Shown here: positions 36,287 to 44,660 of the stretch, piece by piece
How the letters are laid out: each line of letters starts with the position of its first letter
How positions within the stretch are numbered: position 1 is the first letter of the stretch
Origin: Gemmatimonadaceae bacterium
GTDB lineage: Bacteria > Gemmatimonadota > Gemmatimonadetes > Gemmatimonadales > Gemmatimonadaceae
Direction: 5' to 3'
DNA length: 64,000 nucleotides
NCBI GenBank assembly: GCA_046262875.1
Contig: JBHELX010000013.1
Coordinates: 17,973-81,972, forward strand
The notes under the pieces: model-generated
The model's database searches: none
What the model saw: only the letters and a program-made list of their open reading frames with translations
What the model was told of the DNA's origin: nothing
Position numbers and translations under genes: made by a program

Positions 36287-37315
36287 GTGACCCTCAAGGA
36301 TTTCCTCCAGAGACTCGCAGAAATCGATGCCGGTGCGTCCGCATTGATCGAGAATGCGGCCACAGCCGATTCGCTGGAAGCTGTGCGCACCAGCCTCGTC
36401 GGCAGGAAGAGCGGCGCGCTGAGCGCGCTCATCAAGGAGCTGCCGTCGCTGTCTCCCGACGAGCGACCGCAAGGCGGATCCGCGGCCAACCTCGTGAAGA
36501 TGGCAATCGAGGACGCGCTCGACAAACGAGCCACTCGAATATCAAGTGCCGGTCAAACACGGAGCGCCCTCGATCTCACGCTGCCCGCTCGTCGGCTATG
36601 GAAAGGCGGAAAGCATCCGGTCACGCTCGTCATCGAAGAAATCGAGGAGATTTTCCGCGAGCTCGGATTCACAATCGCACTCGGGCCGGAAGCTGAAACC
36701 GAATGGTACAACTTCGGCGCGCTGAACTTTCCTCCCGATCATCCGGCGATGGACATGCACGACACGCTCTATCTCGACGATGGCGTGCTGCTCAGAACGC
36801 ACACGTCACCGGTCCAGATCAGAACCCTTCAGGCGTACAAACCGCCGATTCGCATTCTCGCACCGGGAAATGTTTATCGTCGTGACTTCTTCGATGCGTC
36901 ACACGCGCCGGTGTTTGCGCAGCTCGAGGGACTCGCTGTCGACGAAGGCATAAGCTTTGTCGACTTGAAAGCAACGGTCACGCATTTCGCCAGGCGCTTC
37001 TTCGGCGCAACCCGCACTCGCTTTCGTCCGAGCTTTTTCCCATTCACCGAACCCTCGGCAGAGATGGATATCGAGTGCACGCTGTGCAAAGGAAACGGTT
37101 GTCCGGCTTGCGGAAATTCTGGTTGGACAGAAATCTTCGGCTCGGGAATGGTGCATCCATCCGTACTCGATGCATCGGGCGTCGACAGCGAGCGATACAC
37201 GGGATGGGCATTCGGCATGGGGCCAGGCCGCATGGCGATGCAGCGCTACCGCATTCCCGACATCCGAATGCTCTACGACTCTGACATGCGATTCCTGGAG
37301 CAGCTCGCGGGATGA
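36287..37315 (+). CDS. pheS: Phenylalanine--tRNA ligase alpha subunit
   Basis: HPAMDMHDT, LRTHTSPVQ, FRPSFFPFTEPS, GWAFGMG. Confidence 0.97.
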   Translation: MTLKDFLQRLAEIDAGASALIENAATADSLEAVRTSLVGRKSGALSALIKELPSLSPDERPQGGSAANLVKMAIEDALDKRATRISSAGQTRSALDLTLPARRLWKGGKHPVTLVIEEIEEIFRELGFTIALGPEAETEWYNFGALNFPPDHPAMDMHDTLYLDDGVLLRTHTSPVQIRTLQAYKPPIRILAPGNVYRRDFFDASHAPVFAQLEGLAVDEGISFVDLKATVTHFARRFFGATRTRFRPSFFPFTEPSAEMDIECTLCKGNGCPACGNSGWTEIFGSGMVHPSVLDASGVDSERYTGWAFGMGPGRMAMQRYRIPDIRMLYDSDMRFLEQLAG

Positions 37316-39726
37316 ACGCGTCGTACGAGTGGCTTCGCGAGTTCGTCCCTTTCGCGCTTTCGCCTGAAGAGCTTCGAGATCTGTTGACGTCGCGAGTGGC
37401 GACTGTCGAAGATCTGATTCGCCTGCGCGCGGATCTCGATCAGGTAGTCGTCGGTCGCGTCGTCGAAGCCGCTCCACATCCCAACTCCGATCACTTGTGG
37501 GTGACGAAAGTAGATGCAGGCGAAGGCGCGCTTCTCGACGTGGTGTGCGGTGCACCGAATGTGGTGGTCGGCGCACTCTATCCATTCGCTGCGGTGGGCA
37601 CGACGCTTCCGGGCGGTCTCAAACTCGAGAAAAGAAAAATTCGCGGCGAAGTCTCCGAGGGAATGCTCCTCTCGGCGAGAGAGCTCGCACTCGGCACTGA
37701 TCATACGGGCATCATGCAGCTCGATGTTGATGCGGCGCCCGGCACACGTTTTCTCGACGTCGTGGCGGTTGGAGACACGAGACTTGTCATAGATGTTCTC
37801 CCGAATCGTCCTGACCTTTTGTCGCACGAGGGATTAGCGCGAGAAATCGCGGCTGCGACCAACTTGCCGCTCGGAGCTCCGCCGATCGCACGCGGAACAG
37901 ATGCGTCGACTCTCACGGGAGACAGATCGAACCCCGTCTCAGTCGAAGTCGAAGATAAGGATGGTTGTCCTCGATACATGGCCGCGCTCATTCAAGGCGT
38001 CACGATCGGCCCGAGTCCATCCTGGCTCTCAGCTAAAATCGAAGCTGTCGGTTCGCGCTCGATCAACAACGTTGTCGATGCGACGAACTACATGCTCCAC
38101 GGCTTCGGCCAGCCGACACACGCATTCGACATGAAGAATCTCGAAGGCGAGCGAATAATTGTCCGTCGCGCCCGACCAGGTGAGAAGATCAAAACTTTGG
38201 ATGGTGTCGACCGCAATCTCGATGCGGACATGACCGTGATTGCCGACGCAGTCCGCGCACAAGCGATCGCCGGAGTGATCGGCGGAGAGGGAAGCGAAGT
38301 AACGGGCAGCACGACCGACATCTTGCTCGAGGTTGCTTCGTTCGATGCGCGTCGCATACGCTCGACCCGGCGCAAGCTTGGAATTTCCACCGATGCGAGT
38401 TACCGGTTCGAGCGCGGCGTCGACGCGCATTCGCTCGATCGACATCTCCGATACGCGGTCGATCTTATTGTTGCAGTTGCAGGAGGAACTCTCGCCACCA
38501 AACCAACGGATGTAAGCGCAAAACTCTCTTTGCCGCTTCCTGTTGAAGCACGAGTCGCTCGAATCAACGCGGTCCTGGGCGATCCCATTCCGGCTGATGA
38601 GATTTCGTCGCTTTTGGAATCAATTGGGTTTGCTGTTACGACTGAGAACGGTGGCGAGTCCTTGAGCGTTACGCCGCCCAGCTGGCGACGAGACGTTGTC
38701 GGCGAAGTCGAGGTGATCGAAGAGGTGGCCCGACTTCACGGTTACGACGCGTTTCCGTCGGATATTCGGCCATTTCGGCCAAGTGCAGTTCCGGATGCGC
38801 CACTCCACATCATTTCAGATCGTGTGCGTCGCGCCTGCGTCGCCAGCGGATTGCTGGAAGCGCGGCCATTGCCATTCACTCGCATCGAGGAAGAGACTTC
38901 GATTCGCGTTCGCAATCCGCTGGCCGAAGACGAGGCCTTTCTTCGCCAAAACATTCTCGATACGCTTGCGGGCCGGGCCGGGTACAACCTTGCTCACATG
39001 GAACGCAATGTGAGGCTCTTTGAAATTGGTGCGGTGTTCTCGCGGGCTGAGCCGGCACAGCAACTTCCGCGAGAAGAGATCCACGTTGGTGCACTGATCA
39101 TGGGTGCTCGCCGGCCGCCGCACTTTACGGAACCGAAGCCACCTCATTACGACGAGTGGGACGCGAAAGCGCTCGCCGAATCGATCGGTGAAGCGGCGTT
39201 TCCAGGTCACGTAATAACGTGCGTTAAATCGGAGACTGGCGTTCTTTGGAACGTCACCGCCGGCGACGCAAGAGTTGGAGTTGTGCGACGCATATCCGTC
39301 GATGCGCCCGCATGGGCCGCCCCTGCATACGGAGTCGAGATCGATTTGCAGGCACTAGGTGCCGGTGTTCTGGCGAGCCTGACGTTGCAGCCATCCGAAG
39401 GCGCGTCGGGTGCGAAGAAAGAGTTCGTCGCAATTCCTGTCATGCCCGCAGTCGAAGTCGATCTCGCACTCGTGGTTCCGGACTCTCGAATGGCAGCAGA
39501 GGTCGAGCGCGTAATTCGACAATCCGCCGGAGATCTGCTTGAAAGACTCGTTCTCTTCGACGAATTTCGCGGAGCGGGAATTCCTGACGGATCCCGCAGT
39601 CTCGCGTGGGCGTTGACGTTCAGGCATTCGGAGCGCACACTTCGCGATCGCGAAGTTCAGGGGCGCACCGCGAAGATTGTCAAATCGCTAGAGGACGAAC
39701 TTGGCGTCAAACAACGAACAGGCTGA
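37312..39726 (+). CDS. pheT: Phenylalanine--tRNA ligase beta subunit
   Basis: HPNSDHL, VVCGAPN, PNRPDLLSHEG, DASYRFERG, C-terminal FDX-ACB domain. Confidence 0.97.
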   Translation: MNASYEWLREFVPFALSPEELRDLLTSRVATVEDLIRLRADLDQVVVGRVVEAAPHPNSDHLWVTKVDAGEGALLDVVCGAPNVVVGALYPFAAVGTTLPGGLKLEKRKIRGEVSEGMLLSARELALGTDHTGIMQLDVDAAPGTRFLDVVAVGDTRLVIDVLPNRPDLLSHEGLAREIAAATNLPLGAPPIARGTDASTLTGDRSNPVSVEVEDKDGCPRYMAALIQGVTIGPSPSWLSAKIEAVGSRSINNVVDATNYMLHGFGQPTHAFDMKNLEGERIIVRRARPGEKIKTLDGVDRNLDADMTVIADAVRAQAIAGVIGGEGSEVTGSTTDILLEVASFDARRIRSTRRKLGISTDASYRFERGVDAHSLDRHLRYAVDLIVAVAGGTLATKPTDVSAKLSLPLPVEARVARINAVLGDPIPADEISSLLESIGFAVTTENGGESLSVTPPSWRRDVVGEVEVIEEVARLHGYDAFPSDIRPFRPSAVPDAPLHIISDRVRRACVASGLLEARPLPFTRIEEETSIRVRNPLAEDEAFLRQNILDTLAGRAGYNLAHMERNVRLFEIGAVFSRAEPAQQLPREEIHVGALIMGARRPPHFTEPKPPHYDEWDAKALAESIGEAAFPGHVITCVKSETGVLWNVTAGDARVGVVRRISVDAPAWAAPAYGVEIDLQALGAGVLASLTLQPSEGASGAKKEFVAIPVMPAVEVDLALVVPDSRMAAEVERVIRQSAGDLLERLVLFDEFRGAGIPDGSRSLAWALTFRHSERTLRDREVQGRTAKIVKSLEDELGVKQRTG

Positions 39727-40000
39727 GCTGGCAGAGGCGTTTGCCGATCTCGATAAGCTGGTTCGTCACCTGGGTGACGAGCTCGCGTCGTTCCGGCGCC
39801 GCGCGATTCATGCCGAGGGGCGAGTTAAAGCTCTCGAGTCGTCCCCCGGCGCCACCCGCACGAGTCCGGAACGAATCGCGAAACTCGAGCGCGAGAACGC
39901 GGACCTGAAGCTGCGTTTGGAAAAAGCTCGGGATCGAACTCGTCAAATGCTCGATCGCGTTCGATTCCTTCGACAGCAACATGAAACGGCGGCGAGATGA
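39701..40000 (+). CDS. Small coiled-coil protein, ZapB-like by position
   Basis: 99 aa heptad-rich ORF between pheT and zapA, TTG start, ATGA overlap with zapA. Confidence 0.6.
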   Translation: MASNNEQAELAEAFADLDKLVRHLGDELASFRRRAIHAEGRVKALESSPGATRTSPERIAKLERENADLKLRLEKARDRTRQMLDRVRFLRQQHETAAR

Positions 40001-40293
40001 CCACCCGCAAGAACGTCGTCAAAGTCAGCATACTCGGAGGCGAGTACACTCTTCGGACGGAGACGACGCCTGAGCATGCGCACGCGGTAGCCGCGTACGT
40101 CGACGACACAATAAATGATATGATGCAAGGCGGCCAAATGGTGGAAAGTCACAAGGCCGCCATTCTTGCCGCGCTCAGAATTGCAGGCGAGCTGTTCGAG
40201 GCGCGCGACGAGACGGCTCGGTTGGCCGCTAACATGCGCGAGCTGAGCGATGAAATCCGTCCCTGGCTCCCCCCGGCCAAGCGGCACGATTAA
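39997..40293 (+). CDS. zapA: Cell division protein ZapA
   Basis: VKVSILGGEYTL, VAAYVD, KAAILAALRIAGELF. Confidence 0.88.
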   Translation: MTTRKNVVKVSILGGEYTLRTETTPEHAHAVAAYVDDTINDMMQGGQMVESHKAAILAALRIAGELFEARDETARLAANMRELSDEIRPWLPPAKRHD

Positions 40294-40373
40294 ATTAGCC
40301 GCAAGACACGCGACGATTTTTCGGCGCGATTAGGGGCCGCCTGTGGCGTTGCCGCGGGCCTACATAGATCACA

Positions 40374-41963
40374 ATGACTCTATCAGTGTGGCTTACCGCC
40401 GCCGGCATCGTTCTAATAGTTGCAGCCAGCGCGGTTTTTTTCTTTGTAGGGCGTCGGTTCGGAAGGAGCGGGGAAGTAGCGCGGCAGGGCAGCGCTAAGT
40501 CAACCGCTGAGGAAACCTCCAAGCGCATTCTCGATGAGGCCGCGCGAGACGCCGAATCTCTTCGAAAGACCGCGATCCTTACCGGTAAGGAAGAGCTGAT
40601 TCATCTTCGCGAGGAATGGGAGCAGGAAGCCCGCAAGCGAAGGGAAGAAGTGGAGCGTGAAGAGCACCGGGTTCAGGAGCGCGAGTCCCTTCTCAATCGT
40701 AAATACGATTTGCTGGAGCAGCGCGAGAAAGACAGCGTTGCGCAGGTGGCCTCCCTCAACGCTCGACAGTCGGCAATGGCGAGCCGGGAGCAGGAGCTCG
40801 ACAAGCTTGTTGCCGATGAGCGGCATCGCCTCGAGCAGCTGGCGGGGCTGAGTGCCCAGGAAGCAAAAGCAGAGTTGATGCAGCGTCTCGAGGACGAGGC
40901 TCAGGCTGACGCAGCGAATCGCATTCGTGACATTCGCGAAACTGCGAAGCGAAACGCGGATCGCGAGGCGAAAAAAGTTATTGCGCTCGCCATTCAGCGA
41001 ATCGCGGCAGAGCAAACAGCGGAGACGACTGTGTCCGCGGTTTCATTGCCTAACGATGAGATGAAAGGACGTATCATCGGCCGCGAAGGGAGAAACATTC
41101 GCGCGTTCGAGCTCATCACCGGAGTCGATGTAATTATTGACGACACGCCGGACACTGTCGTCGTATCGTGCTTCGATCCAGTGCGACGAGAGGTCGCCAG
41201 ACTGGCTCTCGAGAAACTCGTAGCAGACGGTCGCATTCATCCCGGGCGCATCGAAGAAGTCGTCGCAAAATCGAAACAGGAAGTCGACGCGGGAATCATC
41301 GACACGGGTGAGCGAGCCGCATATGCGAGCGGAGTGCACGGTCTGCACCAGGAGCTCATCAAGCTGATCGGCCGCATGCGATGGCGCACGAGTTACGGTC
41401 AGAACATTCTGTCGCACTCACAGGAAGTGGCGTGGCTCGCCGGCATCATGGCCGCGGAGCTGGGGCTCGATGTCGCGATGGCGCGTCGCGGAGCGTTGCT
41501 TCACGACATGGGAAAAGTTCTCACGCACGAGCACGAGGGAACTCACGTTCAGCTCGGCGTCGAGATGGCGACGCGTTATGGTGAGCATCCTCTGGTGATC
41601 AATTGCATCGCGGCGCATCATGACGATGTACCGCACGAGAGTGAAGTGTCGGTGCTCGTCCAGGCGGCAGATGCAATCTCCGGCTCGCGACCCGGCGCAC
41701 GACGGGAAGCGTTCGAGACCTACGTGAAACGACTCGAAGGACTCGAGCGAATTGCGTCGGGATACCGCGGCGTCGAAAAAGTTTTTGCGATTCAGGCGGG
41801 CCGCGAGGTGCGGGTGATCGTGACTCCCGATGACATCAACGAAACTCGGATGGTGTCACTCAGCGATGAGATCGCGCGGCGCATCGAGGCGGAGCTTCAG
41901 TATCCGGGACAGATAAAGGTCGTGCTGATTCGAGAGACACGTTCGGTGGACTTTGCCCGCTGA
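40374..41963 (+). CDS. rny: Ribonuclease Y
   Basis: N-terminal TM, coiled coil, KGRIIGREGRNIR (KH), LLHDMGK (HD), AIQAGREVR. Confidence 0.96.
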   Translation: MTLSVWLTAAGIVLIVAASAVFFFVGRRFGRSGEVARQGSAKSTAEETSKRILDEAARDAESLRKTAILTGKEELIHLREEWEQEARKRREEVEREEHRVQERESLLNRKYDLLEQREKDSVAQVASLNARQSAMASREQELDKLVADERHRLEQLAGLSAQEAKAELMQRLEDEAQADAANRIRDIRETAKRNADREAKKVIALAIQRIAAEQTAETTVSAVSLPNDEMKGRIIGREGRNIRAFELITGVDVIIDDTPDTVVVSCFDPVRREVARLALEKLVADGRIHPGRIEEVVAKSKQEVDAGIIDTGERAAYASGVHGLHQELIKLIGRMRWRTSYGQNILSHSQEVAWLAGIMAAELGLDVAMARRGALLHDMGKVLTHEHEGTHVQLGVEMATRYGEHPLVINCIAAHHDDVPHESEVSVLVQAADAISGSRPGARREAFETYVKRLEGLERIASGYRGVEKVFAIQAGREVRVIVTPDDINETRMVSLSDEIARRIEAELQYPGQIKVVLIRETRSVDFAR

Positions 41964-42864
41964 GCTGATCGATGGAGTGAGCATCGCGCGTGACATTCGT
42001 CGCCGCGTTGCGGAGGAAACAGGTGCGCTCGTTGCTCGCGGTGTTCGACCTGGCCTTGCTGCAATTCTCGTCGGCGATGATCCTGCCAGCGCGACCTACG
42101 TCCGCTCCAAGGGAAAAGCTTGCGACGAAGCGGGAATCCATAGTGTCACGTTGCGATTGCCCGTGACGACCCAGCAGATCGAGCTTTTACGCCAGATCGA
42201 TCTGCTCAATGCCGACCCCGAGATTCACGGCATTCTCGTACAAACTCCGCTGCCTGCACAAATCGATGCCGAAGCCGTGATGCGATGCGTGCATCCGTCG
42301 AAGGACGTCGATGGATTTCATCCTGTGAACGTCGGCAAGATGCTCATCGGCCAGCGTGACGGATTCCTTCCGAGTACTCCGGCGGGAATTCGCGAAATGC
42401 TCCGCGTGAGCGGCGTCGAGACGACGGGAAAGGATTGCGTCATCGTCGGACGAAGCAACATCGTCGGCAAGCCAATGGCCGCAATCCTGATGCAGGACGC
42501 TGAGAACGCGAACTGCACTGTTACAGTCTGTCATCGACACACGCGTGATCTCGCGTCGCACACCAAACGCGCGGAGATTCTCATCGTGGCTGCGGGTCGG
42601 CCAAATTTCATTAACGGCGAGATGATTCGACCCGGTGCAGTGGTAATCGATGTGGGCATCAATCGTGTGCCGGACTCGTCTGCAAAATCAGGCTATCGAA
42701 TTGTGGGAGACGTGGATTTCGAGTCAGCGCGAGAGGTCGCGTCGAAGATTACTCCGGTGCCGGGAGGCGTGGGTCCAATGACGATTGCGATGCTTCTATC
42801 CAATACTGTTCGCTCGGCGAGTCGATTTGCGATGCGCGCGCAGCACGGCCAAAGCCTGCGGTGA
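41953..42864 (+). CDS. folD: Bifunctional methylene-THF dehydrogenase/cyclohydrolase
   Basis: KDVDGFHP, GRSNIVGKP, DVGINR, TPVPGGVGPMT. Confidence 0.96.
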   Translation: MPAELIDGVSIARDIRRRVAEETGALVARGVRPGLAAILVGDDPASATYVRSKGKACDEAGIHSVTLRLPVTTQQIELLRQIDLLNADPEIHGILVQTPLPAQIDAEAVMRCVHPSKDVDGFHPVNVGKMLIGQRDGFLPSTPAGIREMLRVSGVETTGKDCVIVGRSNIVGKPMAAILMQDAENANCTVTVCHRHTRDLASHTKRAEILIVAAGRPNFINGEMIRPGAVVIDVGINRVPDSSAKSGYRIVGDVDFESAREVASKITPVPGGVGPMTIAMLLSNTVRSASRFAMRAQHGQSLR

Positions 42865-42868
42865 AGGC

Positions 42869-44104
42869 GTGAGACAGCGAATACCACCCCGCTCCTTCGA
42901 TTACGTCTCGACTCCGCTATTTCCGGAGCCAAGGAAAGCGCCGGGCGCGTCCAAAGAAACGGCAATCAGCATCACCGATCTCAACAACTCCACGAAGGTT
43001 GTAGTCGAAGAAGCGTTCGGACGTTTTTGGGTGAGAGGAGAGGTTGGCGATTTCAAGCGCTACCGCAGCGGACATTGGTATTTCACGCTGCGTGATTCCA
43101 TGTCGCAGATCCAGTGCGTCGTGTGGGCGAGCGATCAGCGCGGGATGCCCGCATCGCCGGACGATGGAATGAAAGTCGTGGCCCTCGCGCAGATGACGAT
43201 GTATCCAGCGCGCGGAAATCTTCAGCTGAGAATCACGCGTATCGAGGCCGAGGGTGATGGACTGTTTCGCAAGGCGATGGAGGAAACGCTGGGGCGTTTG
43301 CGCGGCGAAGGACTTCTCGCAGCAGATCGCAAACGGCCCATTCCGCTGTTTCCTCGCTCTCTCGGTATCGTGACGAGTCCAAGTGGCGCGGCGCTGCACG
43401 ACATCGTCTCGGTCGCAAAGCGCAGACGGCCAGGTATTGAAATAATTGTCGCGTGCTCATCGGTGCAGGGAGACACAGCGCCGCGCGAGCTGTGCGACGC
43501 GTTATCGAGAATCCGCCGTTGGAAAAAAATCGACGTGATCATCATCGGTCGCGGCGGCGGCGCACGCGACGATCTTCGCGCGTTCAATCACGAAGCGGTT
43601 GCACGGGCAATCGCCGCGTGCGAGGTGCCCGTTATCTCGGCGATCGGACACGAAGTGGATACGACAGTGTGCGATCTCGTCGCCGATTTTCGCGCAGCCA
43701 CTCCTTCAGCTGCAGCGGAGCGCGCGGTTCCGGCAATCGAAGATTTGCGTGCAACACTTTCTTCGCGTCGGAGTGCGTTGATCTCCGCAGTAAGTCATCG
43801 CGCAGCGTCGGCGCAAGCGGACGTGAAAACAACGGCTAGAGATTTGAAGACGGCAGCGGTCAGACTAGTGCAGACAAGACGCGGCGGAATGGCGTCATTG
43901 GCTGGCCGACTGAATGCACTGAGTCCGCTCGCAACTTTATCACGCGGTTATGCAGTTGCTCGAGGCGCGGACGGTGAAGCGCTCACGAGCGCTGAACAGT
44001 TCATCAAAGATGAACGATTCGATTTGCTGCTTCATGACGGGGTTGTCGAAGCGAAAACAGACAAAGTCACCCCTGAAAAACGTAACAACGGGTCCGAGGT
44101 CTGA
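42869..44104 (+). CDS. xseA: Exodeoxyribonuclease VII large subunit
   Basis: GEVGDFK..SGHWYFTL, TSPSGAALHD, RGGG, SAIGHEVD, TPSAAAE, LSRGYA; GTG start chosen just after folD. Confidence 0.93.
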   Translation: MRQRIPPRSFDYVSTPLFPEPRKAPGASKETAISITDLNNSTKVVVEEAFGRFWVRGEVGDFKRYRSGHWYFTLRDSMSQIQCVVWASDQRGMPASPDDGMKVVALAQMTMYPARGNLQLRITRIEAEGDGLFRKAMEETLGRLRGEGLLAADRKRPIPLFPRSLGIVTSPSGAALHDIVSVAKRRRPGIEIIVACSSVQGDTAPRELCDALSRIRRWKKIDVIIIGRGGGARDDLRAFNHEAVARAIAACEVPVISAIGHEVDTTVCDLVADFRAATPSAAAERAVPAIEDLRATLSSRRSALISAVSHRAASAQADVKTTARDLKTAAVRLVQTRRGGMASLAGRLNALSPLATLSRGYAVARGADGEALTSAEQFIKDERFDLLLHDGVVEAKTDKVTPEKRNNGSEV

Positions 44105-44213
44105 GACGGCGAGCGAAGAGGCGCGGGGTGAGGCGCGAGAAAACGGCATCTGACGCCTCACCCGTGACCTCTCGCCTCGGCCCCTCAGACCTCGGACCTG
44201 TTGTTACGTTTTT
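44076..44213. repeat. 138-bp MITE-like palindrome with 30-bp terminal inverted repeats (GGTCCGA family)
   Basis: aaaaacgtaacaacgggtccgaggtctgag (44076-44105) vs reverse complement of 44184-44213: 29/30; contains the xseA stop. Confidence 0.85.
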
Positions 44214-44229
44214 TTCTAAGGTCTCTGCC

Positions 44230-44258
44230 TTTACAGAACGCCGTAAGTCCTCTAAATT
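44230..44258 (+). promoter_or_regulatory. Putative sigma70 promoter of rpsO
   Basis: TTTACA-17 nt-TAAATT. Confidence 0.55.
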
Positions 44259-44320
44259 CCTCAGCTTACGAGGATTTCAAAGACACCAGCGCGCAATGGC
44301 GCGCGGAGAGCACAGCATCA

Positions 44321-44581
44321 ATGGCATTTCAGAAGACAGCTACGATCGAGAAGTACCGCACACACGGTAACGACACCGGCTCGGCGCAGGTCCAGGTTGC
44401 AATTCTCACCGAGAACATCAACTACCTCACCGATCACTTCCGCGCTCACGCGAAGGACCATCACAGCCGTCGCGGACTGCTGAAGATGGTGGGAAGACGT
44501 CGTCGCCTGCTCGATTACCTCAAGCGGACCGACCTCGAGAGCTATCGCAAGATCATCGCTGATCTTGGACTCCGCTACTAA
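44321..44581 (+). CDS. rpsO: 30S ribosomal protein S15
   Basis: [36 protein letters not shown]; ATG at 44321 after GGAGAG. Confidence 0.97.
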   Translation: MAFQKTATIEKYRTHGNDTGSAQVQVAILTENINYLTDHFRAHAKDHHSRRGLLKMVGRRRRLLDYLKRTDLESYRKIIADLGLRY

Positions 44582-44600
44582 TCTCGTCATCTGATGTCAC

Positions 44601-44638
44601 GCGCGCGGGAGCATGGTGCTGCCCGCGCGCTTTGTGTT
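44601..44638 (+). terminator. Hairpin/weak terminator between rpsO and pnp
   Basis: GCGCGCGGG-AGCA(tgg)TGCT-g-CCCGCGCGC followed by TTTGTGTT. Confidence 0.65.
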
Positions 44639-44660
44639 CTCTAGGAAAACGAAGGAAAGA

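Noticed and set aside
40294-40373. 6S RNA expected downstream of zapA
   Set aside because: The gap is only 80 nt, too short for a ~180 nt 6S RNA, and shows no long irregular hairpin.
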